From positions 114,907 through 178,906 of the forward strand of contig CAVPRQ010000020.1 of the NCBI GenBank assembly GCA_963707855.1: DNA of 64,000 nucleotides. Direction: 5' to 3'. Of this stretch, positions 56,366 to 64,000 are shown in pieces (position 1 is the first letter of the stretch; each line of letters begins with the position of its first letter). Position numbers and translations under genes: made by a program. This stretch comes from an uncultured Thermoleophilia bacterium (lineage in GTDB: Bacteria; Actinomycetota; Thermoleophilia; UBA2241). The notes below the pieces were generated by a model, which worked only from the letters and a program-made list of their open reading frames with translations, was not told the origin of the DNA and did no database searches.

Positions 56366-56698
56366 GTGCTCGCGCGTTCCTGCTGGCCGGAGTACCTTGC
56401 TCCCGACCTGGTGGGGACGCGTCTCGAGTTCAGCTACGCCGCCCGGCGGGCGACCGACGTCGCCGTCGCGGGCGGCGACGCGACCGAGCTTGCCCTGCGA
56501 CTCGCCCGCTGGGGGTATGACGTGGCCGCGGATGGGACCGGAGCCTGGGCGGCGCCGTCGGCGCCGGCGATCGCCTATCAGCCGGTCGCCCGCCGCTCCG
56601 CGCTGGCTCTCGCCGGCGATCTGCGCTGGCAGGCGGCGACACTGGCACGCGACCCGGCGGCGCCGACGACGCTCGTGGTCGTCGGTCCTCCCGACTGA
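56366..56698 (+). CDS. hypothetical protein
   Basis: 110-aa ORF with protein-like composition. The alternative overlapping ORF 56340..56726 is Arg-rich nonsense. Confidence 0.4.
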   Translation: MLARSCWPEYLAPDLVGTRLEFSYAARRATDVAVAGGDATELALRLARWGYDVAADGTGAWAAPSAPAIAYQPVARRSALALAGDLRWQAATLARDPAAPTTLVVVGPPD

Positions 56699-56763
56699 CC
56701 GCGCAGAACGAACAGGGCGCCCGTGAGGGCGCCCCGTTCTGGAGCGTGTGATGAGGCGGTCGC

Positions 56764-57135
56764 CTACGGACGACGCCGGCGCAGGAGCGCGCCGCTTCCG
56801 GCGAGGCCGGCCCCGGCCCCAAGGAGCATGAGGATCTCACCCCCGGTGAAGGCGAGCTCGCCGGGCTCCTCACCCGGAGCCTGCAGGTCCGCGAGGTAGT
56901 CCTCGAGGATGCCCTCGTACCTGGTGTACTGCTGGTACGTCGGGTCGTTGCGCACGTAGTCGAGCGCAGCGCTGACCTCGGCCGCGGTCCAGTCCCCGTC
57001 GATCATGCCGTTGTCGGCCGCGTCGTCGAGGATCGCGAGGATCGTGTCCTCCGAGACCGCGGAGTACGCGACTGTCGCGAAGACCATCATGGCCACGGCG
57101 GCGAGCAGGATCGCGACGATCAACTTGGCCTTCAT
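56764..57135 (-). CDS. small secreted protein with LAXTG-type sortase sorting signal
   Basis: N-terminal signal peptide MKAKLIVAILLAAVAMMVFATVAYSA. The C-terminus has LAFTGG, then a hydrophobic stretch (EILMLLGAGAGLAGSGALL), then RRRRP. This is the classical sortase substrate architecture, and the LAxTG variant is typical of actinobacterial class E sortases. Confidence 0.65.
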   Translation of the reverse strand: MKAKLIVAILLAAVAMMVFATVAYSAVSEDTILAILDDAADNGMIDGDWTAAEVSAALDYVRNDPTYQQYTRYEGILEDYLADLQAPGEEPGELAFTGGEILMLLGAGAGLAGSGALLRRRRP

Positions 57136-57245
57136 ATCTTCACCCCCCTCCCGTTCGTCATCCGTGCAGACGGATACGTGTGTTGGTCTGGTCCTTATAC
57201 CACGCCACCGCGCTGAGGACTACATCCGCCGCCTAGGAGCGGGCG

Positions 57246-59396
57246 GTGCGGACGGCGGGTATACTGCCGCTCATGCGCGACCCGGAACAGAGCGATCTCG
57301 ACACGCTCTCGTCCGCGTCGTCCGTCTGGCGCGACTCGCTTCCGTACCTCGCCACACTCGCCGCCTTCACCGGTTTCTCGTTCCTCTCCGGGGGCTACGT
57401 GCTGACGCGCGCCGCCCCGATCGCCATCGCGTGGCTGATCGCCGCGGCATGCTGGTCCTGGATCGTGCGCGTTCGTCAGCCACCCTCACGCCTGTATGTC
57501 GGCGGACTGGCCGCGCTCGGCGTCTACACCCTCCTGGCAGGGGCCTCCATGCTCTGGTCGTTCGGACCCGACCTCTCCTGGGTGGCGTTCGACTACGCCG
57601 CCCTCTACCTCGCCATGGGCGCGGTTCTCGGGGTCACGCCGACGGGGGTCCATCAGCTCCGCCTCGCCGGCTTCGGCTTCCTTGCCGCCACCGTCGTCGT
57701 GAGCCTGTACGCCTTCGCCGGAAAAGTGTTGCCAGAGACGGTGACGCACGCCCAAGCCTATGCGCGCCTCGACAGCCCCATCGGGTACTGGAACGTCCTC
57801 GCGTTGCTGATGGTGATGGCGCTGCCGCCGGCGCTCTCGCTGGCGTCGCGGCGAGACGCAAGCCTCCTGCTGCGCGCCCTGGCCGCCGCCGCGGCCGTCC
57901 CTCTCGCCTTCACGTTCGTCTTCTCCTTCTCCCGGGGCGGCGTCGTCGCCCTGGCCGTCGCACTGGTGTGCTACTTCGCGCTCACCGACCGCCGCCTCGC
58001 CGGCCTGGTCTCGCTGTCGGCGGTGGCCGCACCGGTGGCCGTGGCGCTCTGGCAGGTGCGAGGTCTCGAGACGCTCTTCACCGCCACCGAGGACGACGCC
58101 CTGCGGACGCTCGAGGGCCACGTCCTCCTGCGCTGGGCTCTGTACGCGCTGGTGGCCGCCGCGCTGCTGCAACTCGCGGCGTCTGCGGTAGAGCGGGCCG
58201 TGCGATGGCCGCGTAGCGTGCGGGTCGCGGCCGGCACGGCCGTTCTCATCGGTCTGGTCCTGGGACTTGGCGGGGCCGGTCTCTGGTACGTGGACCGGCA
58301 GGGCGGGACCAAGTGGGTGCGCGACCGCTACGAGGCCTTCGTCGGCGACAGCGATACGCACAGCACGGGCGACTCGGCGGGTCGCCTGCTCTCGCTCAAC
58401 ACGGGGCGCCCGCCGTTGTGGCGCCACGCGCTGGAGCAGCACGACGCCGGCCCATGGCTCGGGACCGGAGCCGGGACGTACCGCTTCACGTTCGACCGTT
58501 TCCGCGACGTCGGCGGTGTCGTCAGACACGCGCACAGTCAATGGCTGAACGCGCTGAGCGAGCTGGGCACACCCGGTCTCGCGTCGTTCGCCGCGGCGAT
58601 GGCCTTGCTGCTGGCGGCCGCGCTGCGCGGACTGCGTCGCGGGCGCCGCGACCGTGAGCGTGCCCTCCTCTCGGCGCTTCAGGCGGGACTCGTCGCCTTC
58701 GTCGTCCATCTGACCTGGGATTGGGACTGGGACATGGCGGCGGCGGGGACGGCGTTCTTCCTGCTGGCGGCAGCCGCCTCGTCCTACATCACGCAGCGCG
58801 ACGCCCTTGCGGCGGGCGCCTCAGGCTCATACGCCAGGGAGGAGCTCGACGTCGCTCCCGGCGCCGAGGCCGGATCCGCCTGCGCGTCGGGTCGCGCGAC
58901 TGGTCCGGCAGCGTCTGCCGGTGCGGCAGACTCGGCGAACGGCGCACCGGCGCGCCGGCCGCGTGTCGTCGTCACGCCGGCGCGCGTCCTCGCCTCCGGT
59001 CTTCTCCTCCTGACGGCGGCGAGCTGGGTACCGCCGTACCTCGGCGACCGCGCGCAGAACCGCGCCGTGGACCAGGCGGCGAGAGGTGAGCTGGTCGCCG
59101 CCGGCGCGTCGGCGCGCAGCGCGACACGGTGGGACCCGCTTGCCGCGGACCCGCTGGTCACGCTCGCCTTGATCGAGCAGCGGCAGGGGCGCAACCGCGA
59201 CGCGCTGCGGAGTCTGCGCGCCGCCGCCGACCTGCAGCCGCAGAACTACGTCGTCCAGTACCAGCTCGGCCTGCTGCTGGAGCGGGCGTACGGTCGGTCC
59301 GAGGAGGCGGCCGCGGCCTTCCGCCGCGCCCTCGAGCTGAATCCGCTCGACAGGAACAGCGCCTACGAGCTCGAGAGGCTCGCCGGCGGCGGGTGA
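57246..59396 (+). CDS. O-antigen ligase/polymerase (Wzy_C) family membrane protein fused to C-terminal TPR domain
   Basis: 716 aa and polytopic. The Wzy_C core (GTGAGTYRFTFDRF...HAHSQWLNALSELGTPG) is followed by a soluble TPR-like C-terminus (...LQPQNYVVQYQLGLLLERAYGRSEEAAAAFRRALELNPLDRNSAYEL). Confidence 0.7.
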   Translation: MRTAGILPLMRDPEQSDLDTLSSASSVWRDSLPYLATLAAFTGFSFLSGGYVLTRAAPIAIAWLIAAACWSWIVRVRQPPSRLYVGGLAALGVYTLLAGASMLWSFGPDLSWVAFDYAALYLAMGAVLGVTPTGVHQLRLAGFGFLAATVVVSLYAFAGKVLPETVTHAQAYARLDSPIGYWNVLALLMVMALPPALSLASRRDASLLLRALAAAAAVPLAFTFVFSFSRGGVVALAVALVCYFALTDRRLAGLVSLSAVAAPVAVALWQVRGLETLFTATEDDALRTLEGHVLLRWALYALVAAALLQLAASAVERAVRWPRSVRVAAGTAVLIGLVLGLGGAGLWYVDRQGGTKWVRDRYEAFVGDSDTHSTGDSAGRLLSLNTGRPPLWRHALEQHDAGPWLGTGAGTYRFTFDRFRDVGGVVRHAHSQWLNALSELGTPGLASFAAAMALLLAAALRGLRRGRRDRERALLSALQAGLVAFVVHLTWDWDWDMAAAGTAFFLLAAAASSYITQRDALAAGASGSYAREELDVAPGAEAGSACASGRATGPAASAGAADSANGAPARRPRVVVTPARVLASGLLLLTAASWVPPYLGDRAQNRAVDQAARGELVAAGASARSATRWDPLAADPLVTLALIEQRQGRNRDALRSLRAAADLQPQNYVVQYQLGLLLERAYGRSEEAAAAFRRALELNPLDRNSAYELERLAGGG

Positions 59397-59719
59397 ACGC
59401 GCCGCCGCGAGCGCGGACCACGACCGTCTGAGCGCGTTCGCGGTCGTCTGCAGACCAGTGTGCGCCCCGTTTCCACCGTCCGCCGTGACGCTGAGCATCT
59501 GGCCGAAGCCGGTGTCGTGGCCGGACCCGGTTGGGGAGGGCCCTCGTCCGGTGAGACCCGGAGCAGCGTGTCGATCTTGCTGAGCTGAGTCGCCGCCCAG
59601 AGGTTGCCGGACAGGGCCTCGGGGCGGACCCGCGGTGCCCGACCTACTGGAGCGCGATGGTAGACTTACGGCCCAAGCCCGCAGGCTCGGGCGGAAGCGG
59701 ACGGAGGTGCGTGAGAAGG

Positions 59720-61039
59720 ATGGACGCTGCAGCGCCGATCGGCGTCGTCGGTACAGGGTACGTGGGCCTGGTCTCGGCGGTCTGTCTCGCCCACCTCGGT
59801 CAACACGTCGTGTGCATGGACGTGGACGAGGCCAAGATCGAGGGGCTGCGCCAGGGCCGGGTCCCGATCTACGAGCCCGGCCTGGACAAGCTGATCGACG
59901 ACACCAGCGGGCGTCTGTCGTTCACGACCTCGTACGACGAGCTGCTCGACGCCTGCCGCATCCTCTTCATCGCCGTCGACACGCCGCCCTCGGCCTCCGG
60001 CGACGCCGACCTCTCGCGCGTGCAACGCGCGACGCGCGAGATCGCGCGTCGCGGAGGCGCGCGCCTCCTGGTCATGAAGAGCACCGTGCCGGTCGGCACG
60101 GGCGAGCGCGTGATGAGCGACCTCGCCGCCCTGGGCGCGGACGAGGTCACGTATGCCTCCAACCCCGAGTTCCTGCGCGAGGGCGCCGCCATCCAGGACT
60201 TCCTCGAGCCCGACCGCATCGTCATCGGCGCCTTCCGCCCCGAGGACGGTGACGCGGTCGAGGCCCTCTACAGGGGCATCGACGCCGAGATCGTACGCGC
60301 GACGGTGCCGACCGCGGAGATGATCAAGTACGCCTCGAACGCCTTCCTCGCGACGAAGATCTCGTTCATCAACGAGATCGCCAACGTGTGCGAGGAGGTC
60401 GGCGCGGACGTGCGCGAGGTGGCCCGCGGGATGGGTCTCGACCATCGCATCGGGCCGCACTTCCTCCAGGCCGGCATCGGGTACGGCGGCTCGTGCTTTC
60501 CCAAGGACGTGCAGGCGCTCAAGCAGCTCGCCGGCAACAGCGGCTACCACTTCCAGCTGCTCACCGCCGTGCTCGAGGTGAACGCGCTGCAGAAGCGCCG
60601 CGTCGTCACCAAGCTCAAGCAACGACTCGGGGGGCTGCACGGCAAGAAGGTCGCCCTGCTCGGCCTGACCTTCAAGCCGAACACCGACGACCTCCGCGAG
60701 GCGTCGTCGATCGTGCTCGCGGCGCGGCTGCAGGGGGAGGGTGTCGCGGTCAGCGCTTACGACCCCATGATCTCCGCCGGCGAGCATCCGCTCTTTCCGG
60801 GCGTGACGATCGTCGCCGATCCGCTCGAGGCGCTGTCCGGCGCGGACGCCTCGGTCCTCGTGACCGAATGGCCCGAGTTCGGGCGCCTCGACTGGAGCGC
60901 GGCGGCGGTCGCGATGCGCCGCCCGCTCGTCATCGACGGCCGCAACTTCCTCAGCCCGGTCGTCGTCACCGAGGCCGGACTGGAGTACGTCGGCATCGGT
61001 CTCGGTGACGCCTCGCCGGACGCGGGGGAGCCGGCCTGA
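59720..61039 (+). CDS. ugd: UDP-glucose 6-dehydrogenase
   Basis: An ATG at 59720 gives IGVVGTGYVGLVSAVCLAHLGQHVVCMDVD with a GGSCFPKD catalytic Cys motif. Confidence 0.85.
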   Translation: MDAAAPIGVVGTGYVGLVSAVCLAHLGQHVVCMDVDEAKIEGLRQGRVPIYEPGLDKLIDDTSGRLSFTTSYDELLDACRILFIAVDTPPSASGDADLSRVQRATREIARRGGARLLVMKSTVPVGTGERVMSDLAALGADEVTYASNPEFLREGAAIQDFLEPDRIVIGAFRPEDGDAVEALYRGIDAEIVRATVPTAEMIKYASNAFLATKISFINEIANVCEEVGADVREVARGMGLDHRIGPHFLQAGIGYGGSCFPKDVQALKQLAGNSGYHFQLLTAVLEVNALQKRRVVTKLKQRLGGLHGKKVALLGLTFKPNTDDLREASSIVLAARLQGEGVAVSAYDPMISAGEHPLFPGVTIVADPLEALSGADASVLVTEWPEFGRLDWSAAAVAMRRPLVIDGRNFLSPVVVTEAGLEYVGIGLGDASPDAGEPA

Positions 61040-61050
61040 CGGTCGGCCGC

Positions 61051-62205
61051 ATGGCGCCGCGCGGCACACCCTCGCAAGCGGTGATCCTCGTCGGCGGCGA
61101 GGGCACGCGGCTGCGCCCTGTCACCGCGCGCGTCCCCAAACCCGTCGCGCCGGTCGTGGAGCGGCCGTTCGTCGCCTACATCCTCGAGAACCTGGTCCGG
61201 CACGGCGTCTCCCGGGCGGTCTTCTCGAGCGGCTTCCTGGCCGCCGCGATCGAGGCCGAGATCGGCGACGGGGCGAGGTACGGCATCGCCGTCGACTACG
61301 TCGTCGAGGACGAGCCGCTCGGTACGGCCGGCGCCATCGCCAATTGTGCCGAGAAGCTCGACGCCGGCCCCTTCTTCGTCTTCAACGGCGACGTTCTGAG
61401 CGACGTCGACCTCGGGGCGCTCGCCGCCCTTCACGTCGCGAAGGGCGGCATGGGCACGGTGTTCCTCACGCCGGTCGCCGACCCGCGCCGCTACGGTCTG
61501 GTCGAGCTCCGCGACGACGGCAGCGTGGCGAGCTTCGTCGAGAAGCCGGGCGAGCACGAGGGCACGGCGCTGATCAACGCGGGCGTGTACGTGCTCGAGC
61601 AGGAGGTGCTCGAGCTCATCCCGCGCGGGCGGCTCTTCTCGATCGAGCGCGGCGTCTTTCCCAAGCTCGCCCGTGCGGGCTCCCTGTACGGCTACGTCGA
61701 CCACGGCTACTGGCGCGACATCGGCACGCCCGAAAGCTACCTGCAGGCTCACTTCGACATCCTCGAGCGTACCGTGGTGACCTCGGTCGGCGACCTGCTC
61801 GGCGACGCGTACTTGTACGTGGCGCCGACGGCGACGGTCGATCCGGCGGCACGGATCGTGCCGCCGTGCTACGTCGCCGACGGCGCCCGTCTGGACGCCG
61901 GCGCGCGCGTAGGTCCGCTCGCCGTCGTCGGGGCAGGAGCGGCGGTCGAGGAGGGCGCCACGGTGAGCGAGTCAGTCTTGCAGGCCGGCGTGCGCGTGGG
62001 CGCCCACGCCGAGGTCGCGCGCAGCATCCTTGTGCGCGACAGCCGCGTGGGCGCCGGGTCGCAGCTCCACGCCGCCGTGCTCGGCGAGGCGTGCGACATC
62101 GGCGCCGCCAACCAACTCGCCGCGGGCGTCTGCCTCTCGCCGGGGACGACACTCACGGACGGCTGCATCAGGTTCCGCGAGCAGTTCGACGCCGGGGAGG
62201 CCTGA
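61051..62205 (+). CDS. sugar-1-phosphate nucleotidyltransferase with C-terminal left-handed beta-helix (mannose-1-P guanylyltransferase-like)
   Basis: AVILVGGEGTRLRPVTARVPKP is the NTP_transferase motif, and the C-terminal hexapeptide repeats fit. Confidence 0.75.
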   Translation: MAPRGTPSQAVILVGGEGTRLRPVTARVPKPVAPVVERPFVAYILENLVRHGVSRAVFSSGFLAAAIEAEIGDGARYGIAVDYVVEDEPLGTAGAIANCAEKLDAGPFFVFNGDVLSDVDLGALAALHVAKGGMGTVFLTPVADPRRYGLVELRDDGSVASFVEKPGEHEGTALINAGVYVLEQEVLELIPRGRLFSIERGVFPKLARAGSLYGYVDHGYWRDIGTPESYLQAHFDILERTVVTSVGDLLGDAYLYVAPTATVDPAARIVPPCYVADGARLDAGARVGPLAVVGAGAAVEEGATVSESVLQAGVRVGAHAEVARSILVRDSRVGAGSQLHAAVLGEACDIGAANQLAAGVCLSPGTTLTDGCIRFREQFDAGEA

Positions 62206-62253
62206 GCGCGGCGGACCGCCCGGCAGTGCGCCGGCCGGCGACGAGGAGGACAC

Positions 62254-63603
62254 ATGGACATCCCGAAGGCGATCTTCAAGGCGTACGACGTGCGCGGCCT
62301 GTATCCCTCCGAGCTGGACGAGACGACGGCCGCACGCATCGGCTGCGCCCTCGCCCAGCAGCTCGGCGCCCGTTCACTGGGCGTCGGCATGGACCCCCGG
62401 CCCTCGTCGCCGGGGCTGCTCGAGGCGTTCGCCGCCGGCGCCGCGGCCGCCGGGGCGTCGATCCTCGACGTCGGGCTGGTCGCGACCGAGATGCTCTACT
62501 TCGGGGTCGCCGAGCGCAGGCTCGACGGCGGCGCGATGGTCACGGCCTCTCACAACCCGCCGCAGTACAACGGCATGAAGCTCGTCGGCGAGGGCGCCCT
62601 GCCCCTCTCCGGCGAGCAGGGCATGCCCGAGCTCATGCGGCGCACGCTCGCCTTGGGCGAGCTGCCGCCCACCGCCGAGGGCGCGACGCGCTCGACGGAG
62701 GACCTGTACCCCTCGTACGTGCGGCACCTGCACGGCTTCGCCGACACCGGCGCGTTCCTCCCGCTCAAGGTCGTGATGGACGCGGCGAACGGCGTCGCCG
62801 GCAGGCTGGCGCCCCTGGTCTTCGCCGGGACGCCGCTCGAGACGGTGCCGATGTACTTCGAGGTCGACGGGACGTTCCCCAACCACGAGCCCAACCCGCT
62901 GCTCGAGGAGAACAGCCGCGAGATCCGCGAGCGCGTGGTCGCCGAGCGGGCTGACCTCGGCATCGCCTGGGACGGCGACGCCGACCGCTGCTTCTTCATC
63001 GACGAGGCTGGCGAGTTCGTTCCCGGCGACTTCGTCACCGCGTTGCTCGCCGAGGCACTGCTCGCCCGGAATCCCGGCGCGGCGATCCTCTACGACCTGC
63101 GCGCCAGTCGAGCGGTGCCCGACGTGATCCGCGCCAACGGGGGAGTGCCGCTCATGAACCGCGTCGGGCACGCCTTCTTCAAGCAGCGCATGCGCCGCGA
63201 GGCGATCCTCTTCGGCGGCGAGGTCTCCGGGCACTACTACTTCCGCGACAACCACAACGCCGACTCGGGCTTCGTGCCCGCGCTGCTCATCCTCGAGCTG
63301 CTGTCCCGGAAGAGGGCGACGATGGCCGAGCTGCTCGCGCCGCTGCGCTCGCGGTACTTCATCTCGGGCGAGATCAACTCGACGGTGGCGGACGTCGCCG
63401 CGGCGCTCGCGCGCCTCGAGGCGCAGTTCGCCGACGGCGAGGTCACGAAGCTCGACGGCATCTCGGTCGACTACGACCGCTGGCACTTCAACGTGCGCCC
63501 CTCCAACACCGAGCCGCTCGTGCGTCTCAACCTCGGTGCGGACAGCCGAGGACTCATGGAGGAGAAGCGTGATCTCGTCCTCGGCGTCATCCGGGAGGAC
63601 TAG
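62254..63603 (+). CDS. manB: phosphomannomutase/phosphoglucomutase
   Basis: 449 aa with TASHNPPQYNGMKL, the active-site Ser loop. Confidence 0.85.
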   Translation: MDIPKAIFKAYDVRGLYPSELDETTAARIGCALAQQLGARSLGVGMDPRPSSPGLLEAFAAGAAAAGASILDVGLVATEMLYFGVAERRLDGGAMVTASHNPPQYNGMKLVGEGALPLSGEQGMPELMRRTLALGELPPTAEGATRSTEDLYPSYVRHLHGFADTGAFLPLKVVMDAANGVAGRLAPLVFAGTPLETVPMYFEVDGTFPNHEPNPLLEENSREIRERVVAERADLGIAWDGDADRCFFIDEAGEFVPGDFVTALLAEALLARNPGAAILYDLRASRAVPDVIRANGGVPLMNRVGHAFFKQRMRREAILFGGEVSGHYYFRDNHNADSGFVPALLILELLSRKRATMAELLAPLRSRYFISGEINSTVADVAAALARLEAQFADGEVTKLDGISVDYDRWHFNVRPSNTEPLVRLNLGADSRGLMEEKRDLVLGVIRED

Positions 63604-63604
63604 C

Positions 63605-64000
63605 GTGGGCGAGGCCGATCTGGGGCCGGCGGCGGTCGCCGAGCTCGACCGGGAGGACATGCTCGGCGCCATCGCCGGCCTGTCCCGTCAGGTCACGGAG
63701 GGGTACGCGGCCGCCCGTGCGGGACTGGCGGCGGCCGCGTTGCCGCGCCCGGACGGCGTCGTGGTCTGCGGCATGGGCGGCTCGGCGATCGGTGCCGACC
63801 TCGTCCTGGCGGCGACCCCCGAGTTGCGCGTGCCCGCCGCGGTCGTGCGGGGGTACGAGCTTCCGGCGTGGGCGGGACCGGGGACGCTGGTCGTGGCCGT
63901 GAGCTGCTCCGGCGACACCGAGGAGACCCTGGCCTGCGCCGAAGCGGCGCCCGCGCGCGGCTGCCCGATCGTGTGCGTCGCCTCGGGCGGGCGCCTCGCG
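63605..64000 (+). CDS. bifunctional phosphoglucose/phosphomannose isomerase (SIS domain), 3' end truncated by window edge
   Basis: A GTG at 63605 gives ...DGVVVCGMGGSAIGADL...LVVAVSCSGDTEET, the SIS/PGI-PMI signature. Confidence 0.7.
   Translation, partial: MGEADLGPAAVAELDREDMLGAIAGLSRQVTEGYAAARAGLAAAALPRPDGVVVCGMGGSAIGADLVLAATPELRVPAAVVRGYELPAWAGPGTLVVAVSCSGDTEETLACAEAAPARGCPIVCVASGGRLA

Overview
This window is high-GC (roughly 70%) bacterial chromosome that is almost fully coding. The LAXTG sorting signal, HisZ with a short-form HisG, an AtpZ/AtpI-led atp operon and overall composition suggest an actinobacterium-like Gram-positive, but that is inference. From start to end it holds: the 3' end of hom, a TPR protein, a Dpp/Opp-type peptide ABC transporter (substrate-binding protein, two permeases, fused double ATPase) and a PAS-like protein. 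Next come two tandem, apparently frameshifted copies of a second substrate-binding protein (SBP) gene. These are followed by a beta-lactamase-like hydrolase, a lower-GC island (phosphotriesterase-family hydrolase and a GNAT) and M42 and M55 (DppA) peptidases, then a transposase fragment. After that sit dimethylamine and trimethylamine methyltransferase genes (mtbB, mttB), each with an in-frame TAG at the canonical pyrrolysine position, a LarA-like gene flanked by roughly 85-bp direct repeats, and a frameshifted FAD oxidoreductase. Then come a Leu-rich leader peptide, leuA-leuC-leuD-leuB-ilvE-cimA, an FAH-family gene, dnaE and hisZGBHAF. The rest is tsaC, rpiB, a dCMP deaminase, a WecA-like transferase, the full atpZIBEFHAGDC operon, murA, an LCP protein, two hypotheticals, a small LAXTG protein, an O-antigen-ligase/TPR protein, ugd, a sugar-1-P nucleotidyltransferase, manB and the start of a PGI/PMI gene. 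There are no rRNA or tRNA genes and no CRISPR. Several conserved genes (ilvE, cimA, dnaE, hisH, the FAD oxidoreductase, possibly the LCP gene) carry single-base frameshifts, so the assembly probably has indel errors and pseudogene calls are provisional. The most notable signal is the mtbB-mttB pair with in-frame amber codons, which implies pyrrolysine decoding in an unusual high-GC host. No pylT or pylSBCD genes are visible in this window.
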